Assembly: GCA_036149055.1 (NCBI GenBank)
Contig: JAYZQJ010000149.1
Span: forward strand, 1 to 64,000
Direction: 5' to 3'
Length of the DNA stretch: 64,000 bases
From: Myxococcota bacterium
GTDB lineage: Bacteria > Myxococcota_A > Polyangia > Polyangiales > Sandaracinaceae
Shown here piece by piece: positions 1 through 8,622 of this stretch. Numbering within the stretch: the stretch's first letter is position 1; every line of letters begins with the position of its first letter. The notes under the pieces were generated by a model. That model did not search any database and had not been told where the DNA came from. It saw only the letters and a program-made list of their open reading frames with translations. Both the position numbers and the translations under genes were made by a program.

Positions 1-24
1 GGCGGGGCGTACGTCGGGGGTCGC

Positions 25-585
25 ATGATCCTCGACGGCCTCGCGCGCGTCACCACCGGTGAGAAGCAGGAGCGCGTCACCACGCTTCGCCTCCGCATGC
101 TCCCGCAGGGCACCAAGTTCGTGACCGGCGAGTACAGCGAGCTCTACACCACGAGCGACCACATCCTCCGCCGCGTCGAGGAGCTCGGCCTCGAGCCGGA
201 GATCGAGGCGCTCATCGGCCCCGACTTCCTCCCCTTCGTGCGCGCGCAGCACGCGGCCTTCGGCGAGGCGCTCGGGGTCGGCGAGACCGCCGTCGACGTG
301 CCCGACGGCCGCGCGGTCGCCACCCAGATCACCGTCCTCGCCGAGGCGATCGCCGCCTACGGCCGCGCGATGGTCGGCTGGGTCGACACCGACGACGAGG
401 AGAGCCTCGCCGCCTTCCAGCGCGCGATGGCGCCCCTCGACCGCCACCGTCGCACCCTCGCCAACGGCGGCCGCGAGGACGCGCCGGAGGAGCCGGTGAT
501 CGAGGACGACCCGGACGCCCCGAGCCCCGAGGATCCCGTCCCGCCGATCCCGGTCGTCGACGAGCCCGTCCCGCTCGAGAGCTGA
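25..585 (+). CDS. Hypothetical protein with acidic Pro-rich C-terminal tail (may start upstream of the window)
   Basis: Protein-like composition, GC-rich third codon positions, followed by a strong hairpin. Confidence 0.7.
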   Translation: MILDGLARVTTGEKQERVTTLRLRMLPQGTKFVTGEYSELYTTSDHILRRVEELGLEPEIEALIGPDFLPFVRAQHAAFGEALGVGETAVDVPDGRAVATQITVLAEAIAAYGRAMVGWVDTDDEESLAAFQRAMAPLDRHRRTLANGGREDAPEEPVIEDDPDAPSPEDPVPPIPVVDEPVPLES

Positions 586-591
586 GGCCCC

Positions 592-623
592 ACGCCCTCC
601 GCCCGATCGAGGGCGGAGGGCGT
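592..623 (+). terminator. Stem-loop after first CDS (possible terminator)
   Basis: Perfect 13-bp stem ACGCCCTCCGCCC / GGGCGGAGGGCGT with 6-nt loop, 6 nt after the stop; U-tract weak. Confidence 0.6.
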
Positions 624-861
624 CCGCCCGTTTCGGCGCGGCGCCGAGACATGGAACCTTCCCTCGACGCGTCGACAGTCACCGTGGAAGACCGGTCGGA
701 GGCTCATGCTTCACGAGCAGGTCGAGGCCCCTTGCAACGCGCCAGAGCCCGCGGGCAGGGACATCCCCGCGTGCGACCCCGAGGCGGGCGCCGACGCTGG
801 ACCCTGAGGCGGCGGCCAGTCGAGCACCGCGCCCGGGCACGCGATGGGCCGCCACGGCCGC

Positions 862-1755
862 TCATGCGGGCAGCTCGAACGGCGGGACCCGGCGCCCGTC
901 GACGTCGGTGAAGCCGTACTCTTCGGCGAGATCTCCCACCCGGAAGACGTCGCCGCTCTTCATCATGACTTCGGGGTCGCACGCGAGCGCGACCACCGCC
1001 CTGCCGAGGTAACGCGGCGACTCCGTGCGCTCGAGCGCGGGACGCTCGGTCCACGAGTTCTCGTCGGCGTCGTGGCAAGCGAGCACGAGCTCGGTGCGCA
1101 TCCAGCCCGGCGAGAGCGCGATCGAGGCCACGCCATGCGGCGCGAGGTCGGCCGCCATGCCTCCGGCGAGGCGGATCATTGCATGCTTGGCCACGTCGTA
1201 GACGAGGTTGCTCTTCAGCAGACGGTCGCGGTCCCAGAAGGTCGTCGTGACGACGAGCCCACGGCCCTGGCGCACGAGGATCGGCGCGGCGTGGCGGCTG
1301 CTGAGGAAGTGATTGCGCACGCCGCGCGCGAACATCGCGTCCCAGGCCTCGACGGGACGCTCCCAGAACGGGGCGTCGATGACACCGTCGAAGTGCTCGT
1401 GCCCTCCCCACGCGTTGTTGACGAGCACGTCGATTCGCCCCGCCTCGCGCCCGACTCGCGCGAACAGCGAGGCAACCTCGTCCTCGACCGTGTGGTCGCA
1501 TCGCACAGCGACGCCGCGGCCGCCCGCCGCGGAAACCTCCTCGGCGGTGTCCTCGATGGTGCCGGGCAAGTGGTCGAGATTCGAGAGCCGGAGGATATCG
1601 TCGTAGCCGCGCGCAGGCTCGGCGCGTGTGCTCCGCCCGGTGACGTAGACGGTTGCACCCGCGGCGCCGAGCTCGAGCGCCACACCACGGCCCGCGCCAC
1701 GAGTGGCGCCGGTGACGACGGCGACAGTGTCGGAAAGAGGGTTCGATTGGGTCAT
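862..1755 (-). CDS. SDR family oxidoreductase (DHRS1-like)
   Basis: TGATRGAG Rossmann motif, LVNNAWGG, YDVAK (YxxxK). Confidence 0.9.
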   Translation of the reverse strand: MTQSNPLSDTVAVVTGATRGAGRGVALELGAAGATVYVTGRSTRAEPARGYDDILRLSNLDHLPGTIEDTAEEVSAAGGRGVAVRCDHTVEDEVASLFARVGREAGRIDVLVNNAWGGHEHFDGVIDAPFWERPVEAWDAMFARGVRNHFLSSRHAAPILVRQGRGLVVTTTFWDRDRLLKSNLVYDVAKHAMIRLAGGMAADLAPHGVASIALSPGWMRTELVLACHDADENSWTERPALERTESPRYLGRAVVALACDPEVMMKSGDVFRVGDLAEEYGFTDVDGRRVPPFELPA

Positions 1756-2534
1756 TCGGGGACCCTGGCGCGTGGCGGACGACTCGTCTTGGAAAAACCC
1801 GAAACGCGCTGGAGCAGCGCCGATGGGGTGAGGCCGGAGAGCCGCCGCAGCTCGTTCGCGAGGTGCGCCTGGTCATAGAAGCCCGCATCGGTCGCGATCC
1901 GAGCCCAGGACGGCGGAACGTCGCCGCGCAGCGCCCGGAAGACGGCGTGCATGCGCGCGATCCGTCCGAGGGCGCGTGGAGTGAGCCCCACGTGTGCGCG
2001 GAAGAGCTGCTGGAGTCGGCGTTCGCTGAGCCCGAGGTCCTCGGCGATCGCCACGACCGAGCGGCGGCCGGCTTCGCGGGACACGATGTGAGCCGCTCGC
2101 CCCACTCGGCAGGAGGTGGGTCGGGAGCGGGCCTCGAGAAGGTCCTGGACGATCCCTCCGCGCGCCGCGTCGTCGGAGGTGTGGGTGAGACGAGCCGCGG
2201 TCTCGCCAGTCTCCGGCCACAGCTCGTCGAGCGCCACGACCTGGCCGGCGACCTCGCTCGCCGGGACGCCGAGAACGTCCCTCACCGCCCCGGGTCGGAG
2301 CGTCACCGAGATCCCGGCGACCGTGCCTCGCAGACGCAGCACGGCGGGCTCGGTCGACGGGCCAGCGACCTCGATCGCGCTGCGCCCATAGAGCGAGTCG
2401 GGGACGTGGAAGATCAACCGGGTCGCCCCGTCCGGCAAGACCCGCTCGGAGGTCTCCTCGTCGAACTGCTCGCGGTAGGCGACGACGTGGGCCACGTGGC
2501 GCCGGAGAGACGGCCGGACGGGGAGCTCCGTCAT
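1752..2534 (-). CDS. AraC family transcriptional regulator (DUF6597-like N-terminus); alternative GTG start at 2615
   Basis: ERVLPDG N-terminal motif; HTH LSERRLQQLFRAHVGLTP...AGFYDQAHL; 4-nt overlap with the SDR gene. Confidence 0.85.
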   Translation of the reverse strand: MTELPVRPSLRRHVAHVVAYREQFDEETSERVLPDGATRLIFHVPDSLYGRSAIEVAGPSTEPAVLRLRGTVAGISVTLRPGAVRDVLGVPASEVAGQVVALDELWPETGETAARLTHTSDDAARGGIVQDLLEARSRPTSCRVGRAAHIVSREAGRRSVVAIAEDLGLSERRLQQLFRAHVGLTPRALGRIARMHAVFRALRGDVPPSWARIATDAGFYDQAHLANELRRLSGLTPSALLQRVSGFSKTSRPPRARVPE

Positions 2535-2671
2535 CGCGTGAGGCGGAACGCGGGTGCCTGGGGCGTCCGGCGGATCTCCGTCGAGCCGGAGGTACAGTCG
2601 CTCGAAGTGGGGCACGTCCCCACGATAACGCCTGTGGGAGGAGCGCGCGGGTCGGATCCCGCAGAGTACGC

Positions 2672-3487
2672 TCAGGACGGCGGGACCGTGAGCACCTTGC
2701 TCGAGAAGTCGTCGTTCGATCCGGTGAAGAAGGTCTGCGAGTCTCCGACCACGATGACCTCGCCGCCGGAGAGCGCCTGGTATGCGGCGCCGCTGCAGCT
2801 CAGCCAGGTGGCGGGCTCGATGACCTCGAGGCTCTCGCCGGCGGGCTGGGAGAGCGACGCGACGGCGAGCGGATGCGACGGCGCGCCGCACGGGAGCTGG
2901 TCGGGCAGCGACTCCTCGGCGAGCCGGACGCCAACGCCGAGCTGCTCGAGCAGCGCGTCCACTCCGTCCTGCGACTGGAACCCGGAGTAGCCGTCGATGG
3001 CCGAGAAGCCGCGGTCGCCCACGACCACCAGGCGCCCACCGCCGCTCAGGTAGGCGCTGACCCGCTCGACGTCGGCGGCCGACGGCAGCGCGGGCTCGGC
3101 CTCGTTGGCGTAGGGCATCACCCACAGGAGCACGCGAACCCCGTCCGGATCGGACGGCCACTCGGGGCCCGACTCGAAGGTCAGCCCCTGGGCCTCGACG
3201 AAGGCCTCGAACGAGTCGGACGGCGGCGCGAGGTAGCGGTTCGCCCCCGGCGGGACGCCGCCCGCGGCCCACGTGACCACGACCCGATTGCGCGACGCGA
3301 AGCCGGCGGGTCCGGCGTCGACCGTGGACCCCGCGTCGCCGCCGCCGGCCCCCGCGTCGGCGCCGCCGGACGGCCCCCCGTCGGTCCCCGGCGACACGCG
3401 CCCGTCGTCGCAGCCGCACAGCGCCCCCGCCAAGCCCAGGACCAAGCCCATCAGGGCGCGCGTCGACCTCGCCTCACAGCCTCGCAT
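2672..3487 (-). CDS. Hypothetical lipoprotein (possible DUF4350/GATase-like domain)
   Basis: Lipobox-like LCGC, D/G linker, YLSGGGRLVVVGD motif. Confidence 0.65.
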   Translation of the reverse strand: MRGCEARSTRALMGLVLGLAGALCGCDDGRVSPGTDGGPSGGADAGAGGGDAGSTVDAGPAGFASRNRVVVTWAAGGVPPGANRYLAPPSDSFEAFVEAQGLTFESGPEWPSDPDGVRVLLWVMPYANEAEPALPSAADVERVSAYLSGGGRLVVVGDRGFSAIDGYSGFQSQDGVDALLEQLGVGVRLAEESLPDQLPCGAPSHPLAVASLSQPAGESLEVIEPATWLSCSGAAYQALSGGEVIVVGDSQTFFTGSNDDFSSKVLTVPPS

Positions 3488-3547
3488 CGTCTCTCCTCCG
3501 ATTGACGCGCCAGGCTACGACGAGCGCGCCGAGAGCTTCCCCGCCGT

Positions 3548-3979
3548 TCAGCGGGCGGGGCCGACGTAGGTCCAGCCGTGGGGGGCGGGGTCCTCGCGGA
3601 TGACGCCGTCGGCGAGGCTCATCGAGACGTAGCGCTGCTCGTGGGGCTGGCGGCGCATGAGCAGGATGACGGCGCGCGTCGAGCCGGGCGTGGTCAGCTG
3701 ATAGGTGCGCCCCTGGTCGTCCACGAGCGAGGCGTGCCAGACGCGCCACGCGGTGGGGTCGCTCCCGTCTTCCGAGAAGGGATAGTTGGCGCGGATGTGC
3801 GCGAGCGCCGGCTGGAAGCGTGGGTCGGCCAGGGCGGCAGCGACGTCGCGCTTGGTCTTCTCCTTGGCCGCGTTCTGCGCCTCGACCCACTTGCCGGCCC
3901 GATGCCAGCGCCAGCCGAAGTAGAGGACGAGCAAGAGGAAGGCTCCGGCTCCGATCCCGATGCGCGCGAGCAGGTCCAT
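3548..3979 (-). CDS. Hypothetical protein with N-terminal TM helix
   Basis: Hydrophobic N-terminus; TAGGCT -10 element 7 nt before the ATG. Confidence 0.7.
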   Translation of the reverse strand: MDLLARIGIGAGAFLLLVLYFGWRWHRAGKWVEAQNAAKEKTKRDVAAALADPRFQPALAHIRANYPFSEDGSDPTAWRVWHASLVDDQGRTYQLTTPGSTRAVILLMRRQPHEQRYVSMSLADGVIREDPAPHGWTYVGPAR

Positions 3980-4074
3980 GGCGGCCAGCCTACTCCGTTT
4001 GCGTAGCTGTGGAAACGGGCTTCCGCCCGTCGTCTATCGAATGGCTGACGCGTCGCGCTGCCCTACCTCCGCCC

Positions 4075-4800
4075 TCAGCGGCTCGGGGCCTCCGCCAGCA
4101 GGTCGAAGACGGTGCCGCCGCTTCGCTCCTCGGCGAGCTGGCGGCCCCCGGCGAGGAGCCACGCGCAGAAGGCGACCTCGGCCACGACCGGGATCAGGTA
4201 GGCGGCGGCGAAGGGCTCCTGGAGGTCCGGGGCGACGACGTGGATCGCGCCGCCGACGAGGTAGACGACGCCCGCCGCCGAGAGCATGACGCCGAGCCAG
4301 CCTGGAGCGCGCTGGGCGCGGACGAAGATCACGCCCAGCAGCACGCAGCTGACGCCGAAGAAGAAGAGCCCGAGGTCGTAGCCCGCCGCGTGCGACTCGA
4401 GGAGGTGCGCGACCAGCGCCGCGTCGGCGCCCGGCGCGCTCGCGAGGGTGACGGCGCCCTGCAGGCTCGACAGGTTCAGCCCGAGGATCGCCGCCTGGGT
4501 GAGGCGGAAGACCATCGCCGCCAGGGCGAGGCGCGGGCTCAGCGGCCGCAGCAGGATGAACAGCAGCGCGGCGAGCCCGACGTCGCTGAGCGCCATGACC
4601 ATGTCGCCCAGGATGCTCAGCCGGAACGGCAGCTCCGCCGCCGCGAGGCGCGCCACGGTCTGGCTCGCGGCGCCAGGCCCCTGGAGGGGGCCGCGGATCA
4701 GGGCCTCGCCCCCGATGCCGAGCGCGATGATGACGACGTAGAGGAGGCCGGCGATCCGGGCGAGGCGGGCGGTCGAGGGGGTGGGCTCGGGGGCGGTCAT
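4075..4800 (-). CDS. DUF4386-like integral membrane protein
   Basis: ARIAGLLY start, multiple TM segments, AEVAFCAWLL end; SD GGAGG before the ATG at 4800. Confidence 0.8.
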   Translation of the reverse strand: MTAPEPTPSTARLARIAGLLYVVIIALGIGGEALIRGPLQGPGAASQTVARLAAAELPFRLSILGDMVMALSDVGLAALLFILLRPLSPRLALAAMVFRLTQAAILGLNLSSLQGAVTLASAPGADAALVAHLLESHAAGYDLGLFFFGVSCVLLGVIFVRAQRAPGWLGVMLSAAGVVYLVGGAIHVVAPDLQEPFAAAYLIPVVAEVAFCAWLLAGGRQLAEERSGGTVFDLLAEAPSR

Positions 4801-4907
4801 GGTGGGTCCTCCAGGGTCGAGTCCCGACCATGCCTCTGCGTAGCTGTGGAGAAAACCACCAGAACCGCACCCGCTCCATGCATTTACGCATGACCGGGTG
4901 CCCCCGC

Positions 4908-5498
4908 TCACTCTCGGGGATGCGTCTCCCGAAACATGGGGCGCGCCCTGATGCGCTCCACGTAGGCGGTGACCCGGGGCGACGGCGAAGGGAGCAAGCC
5001 GAACGCGACCGAGAACTCGAGCGTCCCGCCGAACACCACGTCGGCCGCAGTGAACCGCTCGCCGAGCGCCCAGCCGGTCTCGGGGGTCATCGACTCCACC
5101 GTCGCCAGGCAGCGCTCCATGTCGCCCCAGCCGGCCGACGAGGGGGAGAGGCCGGTGACCTCGTGCTGGGCGAGCGTCAGGAGCGGCTCCAGGGTCTGGC
5201 CGGTGAAGAAGAGGTAGCGGTAGTAGCGCCCCCGCGCCTCGGTGCCGGGCGCTGGCGCGAGCCCGACCTCGGCGTGCTTGTCGGCGAGGTAGGCGCAGAT
5301 CGCCGCGGTCTCGGTCACGACCACGTCGCCGTCGACGAGGGCGGGCACCTTGCCCATCGGGTTGATCGCCCGGTAGGCGGGCGCGTGGTTCTCGCCGCCG
5401 TGGATGTCGACCACGACCTGCTCGTGCGGGGCGTCGAGCTCCGCGAGCATCCAGTGCGTGGTGACGGCCCGGCTCATCGGGTTGAAGTAGTGCTTCAC
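4908..5498 (-). CDS. Glutathione S-transferase family protein
   Basis: INPMGKVPAL, TETAAICAYL, FTAADV; SD AAGGAG before the GTG. Confidence 0.92.
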   Translation of the reverse strand: MKHYFNPMSRAVTTHWMLAELDAPHEQVVVDIHGGENHAPAYRAINPMGKVPALVDGDVVVTETAAICAYLADKHAEVGLAPAPGTEARGRYYRYLFFTGQTLEPLLTLAQHEVTGLSPSSAGWGDMERCLATVESMTPETGWALGERFTAADVVFGGTLEFSVAFGLLPSPSPRVTAYVERIRARPMFRETHPRE

Positions 5499-5548
5499 GT
5501 GTTCTTCTCCTTCGCTGCCTGAAGCGGCGGAGCGAACCTACGCAGCCC

Positions 5549-5599
5549 CTCCTGTCAGGGCGCTGTCAGGAGATCCTCCTGCCAGGACGCTGTCAGGAG
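5549..5599. promoter_or_regulatory. Two tandem 24-bp quasi-palindromic operator-like sites upstream of GST
   Basis: CTCCTGTCAGGGCGCTGTCAGGAG (5549-5572) and CTCCTGCCAGGACGCTGTCAGGAG (5576-5599); TAGGTT -10-like hexamer downstream on the minus strand. Confidence 0.65.
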
Positions 5600-5646
5600 C
5601 AGCCTGGGTTGCGAACGCACTCTCTCGGGACGCCCGCCGAGCCGGT

Positions 5647-5676
5647 GTGGCAGGATCCGGAGTGGCAGGATCCGGA
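5647..5676. repeat. 15-bp perfect tandem duplication
   Basis: GTGGCAGGATCCGGA x2. Confidence 0.9.
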
Positions 5677-5720
5677 CAGGTCGCACGAGCGGGCCCCCTG
5701 CTCCGAAGACTCGAGAGCCG

Positions 5721-6494
5721 ATGACCCGCAGACGCGCAGTATGGATCGCCGCCGCCTTTCTGCTGGCGTGGGCGAGCTTTGGAGTCGCGTTGTTGGCTGT
5801 CGGGCGCTCCTCCGACCGGCCGCTCGCACTGGCGATCATGACGGTGTTGCTCGCTCCGCTGCTGTACGCCTCGGTGTCTCTGGTTCGCTCCGGGGCGGTG
5901 TTCGACGTCCTCGTCTCGGCGCTGGAGCGACCGCTGCGAGACGTCCCGATTCCGGCAGGTCAGGTGCGGCCCTACCTCTCGGTGTTCTTCTCCGCTGTTC
6001 TCCAGGACGAGGCGGGCGTCCGCCTCGTCCTCCGTGAGGGCTGGACCGAGCGGTCTCGCTCGGGCCTGCGTCTGGTACGGATCTCTGCCTGGAAGAGTGG
6101 CGTCTGCGTGGCCTCACGCTCGGTCATCGCCCCACTCGGCCGCGGCACGGCGATGCCCGCGGACCTCGTCGTACTCGACGAATGGAAGAACGTGCGCGGC
6201 CGCTTCCACCACGAGGTGGTCGTCGTAGACCGGAGCGCCCGCGCGATCACCACAGCCGTGACCGACTTCCCCGTCGTCCAGCTCGCGAGGCTCGACATCG
6301 AGGAGCGGTACGTCGCGGTCTTGCGTTGGACCGACGAGCGCGGCAGTCGAGACTACAAAGACTGCGTCGCCACGCTGCACCCCACCGAGGACGAGGCCCG
6401 CGCGCAGGCGAAGCTCGAGCTCGGCGTCCCGGAGGCGGGGCGACAGGCGGCGCATGCCGTCACCGAAGACGAGCGCGGGGAACAGCAGCCGTGA
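5721..6494 (+). CDS. Hypothetical protein with two N-terminal TM helices (paralog of 6797-7606)
   Basis: Two hydrophobic segments; shared blocks HEVVxVD and H-x-T/S-x3-AR-x5-ELG with the downstream ORF. Confidence 0.65.
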   Translation: MTRRRAVWIAAAFLLAWASFGVALLAVGRSSDRPLALAIMTVLLAPLLYASVSLVRSGAVFDVLVSALERPLRDVPIPAGQVRPYLSVFFSAVLQDEAGVRLVLREGWTERSRSGLRLVRISAWKSGVCVASRSVIAPLGRGTAMPADLVVLDEWKNVRGRFHHEVVVVDRSARAITTAVTDFPVVQLARLDIEERYVAVLRWTDERGSRDYKDCVATLHPTEDEARAQAKLELGVPEAGRQAAHAVTEDERGEQQP

Positions 6495-6715
6495 GAGCAC
6501 TCTTGCTGACGCTGCTGCCGGCCCTTCTCGTCGTGGCTGGGGATGAGGGCGTCGAGACCGGCGAGGCGCTGACTGCCTTGGTGTTGGGTATCTCGGGCGT
6601 CGTCTGCGATGTCGCTGTACGGCATGGGGAGCTACGCCCTGATGAGCCTGCTCGCGGCCTAGAGAACCGGCGCTCGGGAGAACGCGCGGAGGAGGGAATG
6701 GTCGAGGCGTGGTGA
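6491..6715 (+). pseudogene. Truncated copy of the N-terminal TM region of 6797-7606
   Basis: GTGA overlap with the upstream stop; near-identical to the next gene for 114 bp, then diverges and stops. Confidence 0.5.
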
Positions 6716-7007
6716 GCGCTTCGCACTCCGGGAGGCTGGAGCAGGAGCGTCGTGCGGTCGTGACGGTGCAGCGGGCGCCTCCACCATCGCTGCTCGGTGC
6801 AGCGAGACACAAAGCAACCCAGGCTCACAGCACAGCAGGTACTCTCGGTGACCAAGCGACGACGTTGCGACCCTCTGACGGCGATAGTCGTGGGAGCACT
6901 CTTGCTGATGCTGCTGCCGGCCCTTCTCGTCGTGGCTGGGGATGAGGGCGTCGAGACCGGCGAGGCGCTGACTGCCTTGGTGTTGGGTATCTCGGGCGTC
7001 GTCTGCG
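6495..7007 (+). repeat. 114-bp direct repeat (6495-6608 and 6894-7007)
   Basis: One mismatch between copies; offset 399 bp. Confidence 0.92.
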
Positions 7008-7606
7008 TATGGTGGTTGCTGCGCCGAACCTCGAGGGCGCTAACTCGCGTTCGAGGCTTGGTCTCGCAGGGGTTGGGGGGGCTCCCCGCGCCAGACGCGC
7101 CGTTTCTTCCTGCGATCTCGGGGGACGAGACGGTGGCTACCCGTGGGAACGACAGTCTCGTGGTCTCGAGGTTCTTGGTGTCCGACCACGAGTCTACCGT
7201 TCTGAGCATCCAGCTGCTTCGTGGCGGCGCCGTACGTCTGAGTCGCACGCTGCTGGTTTCGAAGCGTTGCCTGCGCACCCTGCCCTTCCATCGGCTCGCC
7301 GCTCCCGAGACGCTGTCCGAGTGGCATGATCGGACGGCTCCTCCCGGGGCCCACGAGGTCGTTCGTGTCGATGACCCTCCCGGGGCCCACGAGGTCGTTC
7401 GTGTCGATGACCGTAGCGACGAGTCGCTGGGGTTCATCGAGCGCTTCGAGTCGGTCCGCGTCGTGAGGGCGTTCGTCGGAGAGTGGCGATACTTCGTCGT
7501 TCGCTCGCCGGCTGAGTTTCCACCCATCGTGTCCTCCCATTCGAGCGCAAAGGACGCTCGGACCGCGGTCTTCGAAGAGCTCGGGCTCGAGAGTCGAGAT
7601 CAGTGA
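6797..7606 (+). CDS. Hypothetical membrane-anchored protein (start uncertain)
   Basis: Two TM segments; similarity by eye to 5721-6494; lower GC. Confidence 0.6.
   Translation: MQRDTKQPRLTAQQVLSVTKRRRCDPLTAIVVGALLLMLLPALLVVAGDEGVETGEALTALVLGISGVVCVWWLLRRTSRALTRVRGLVSQGLGGLPAPDAPFLPAISGDETVATRGNDSLVVSRFLVSDHESTVLSIQLLRGGAVRLSRTLLVSKRCLRTLPFHRLAAPETLSEWHDRTAPPGAHEVVRVDDPPGAHEVVRVDDRSDESLGFIERFESVRVVRAFVGEWRYFVVRSPAEFPPIVSSHSSAKDARTAVFEELGLESRDQ
7340..7411 (+). repeat. 36-bp perfect in-frame tandem duplication (PPGAHEVVRVDD x2)
   Basis: Identical copies at 7340-7375 and 7376-7411. Confidence 0.92.
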
Positions 7607-7813
7607 CATGGGGTGGCGGCCAAGCACGGGCCAGGGTTGGCCGCTCGTGGAGTGAGCGCTATCGCGTCGAGCCCTCGGGTTGGGTGGAGACCGTGCGTGT
7701 CGCGCGCACTCTTGTGGATCGAGCAGTCGCAGGTTGCGGTTGACTACTAAGTGGCATGCAGAACCCCGGGTCTGAAAGGGCCCGAGGGTCTTCTCGTGGG
7801 GAGGGAGGTGAGG

Positions 7814-8056
7814 CTACGAAGCCTCAGGCATGCGGAGGCGGCTGCGTCGCTCGACGCACCCATACACCGGATCGATCGTGTAGTAGGTACGGCCGTCCGG
7901 GTGCACCAGCACCGAGTAGCCGGTTCCCAGAGACTCCGCCCGGTTCTGAGCGGCGACATGCGCGATCTGACGCGTCGAGTAGGTCACCGAGTCGATCCGA
8001 TGCTCACAAGTCGCGTGGTTGAGGATGCTCAGGGTGTAACCAGATTCACTTTCCAT
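7814..8056 (-). CDS. Small hypothetical protein (80 aa) in AT-richer region
   Basis: SD GAGGAG 6 nt before the ATG at 8056; hairpin at about 7761-7793 downstream. Confidence 0.5.
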   Translation of the reverse strand: MESESGYTLSILNHATCEHRIDSVTYSTRQIAHVAAQNRAESLGTGYSVLVHPDGRTYYTIDPVYGCVERRSRLRMPEAS

Positions 8057-8622
8057 TCTCTGCTCCTCAAAGTTGCCATCGACTGTCATTCCCTTCCCTC
8101 TCCACAGAGACCATGAACGAGCGGAGCGAGCGCAGCAAGCGCAGATCGGAGATACGGGCGACCAGACTTGCTACACCCTAAAACCATTAGCAAATTCCGC
8201 GAATCCTCGGAGATACGGCAACAAGAAAACCTCCCCAGCTTCGCATGCGTATCTGTCACGACAACAAGCTAGTACGGGACAGTATGGTATTTCATGCGCA
8301 CGAAATTGCGCGCAACAGGAAGCCCCGACCGTGTAGGTAGCCGGGGCTCCGCGGGGTGGGGTGTGGGGTTGGAGTTGGGTTGAGTTAGGCGCTCAGTCCT
8401 CAAGCCATGACTGGATAGCTCACCGGAAACTCACCACAAGACTTCTTGCCGAGTCGATCTACTTAGCGGCCGCACGCCTCCGCGACTTGGTCGCAGTCGA
8501 ATGGCAGTGGGCATGTCCCAACTGCCCACCCGCTGAACCGTTCTTCCGACGACTCTCTATCTTCACATGCTCTCCGAGTTCTCAGGGTCGACCAGCTTTG
8601 CGATTGGCGTGCCGCTAAACTG

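Noticed and set aside
8353..8389. G-rich run as a possible G-quadruplex
   Set aside because: The fourth G-tract is separated by an 8-nt loop, and G-runs are common at this GC content
8384..8390. GTTAGGC integron attC core-like heptamer in the lower-GC region
   Set aside because: No matching inverse core site or attC fold found, and no integrase in the window
8073..8618. ORFs 8073-8336, 8361-8618 and 8463-8660
   Set aside because: No SD, recognisable motif or codon bias
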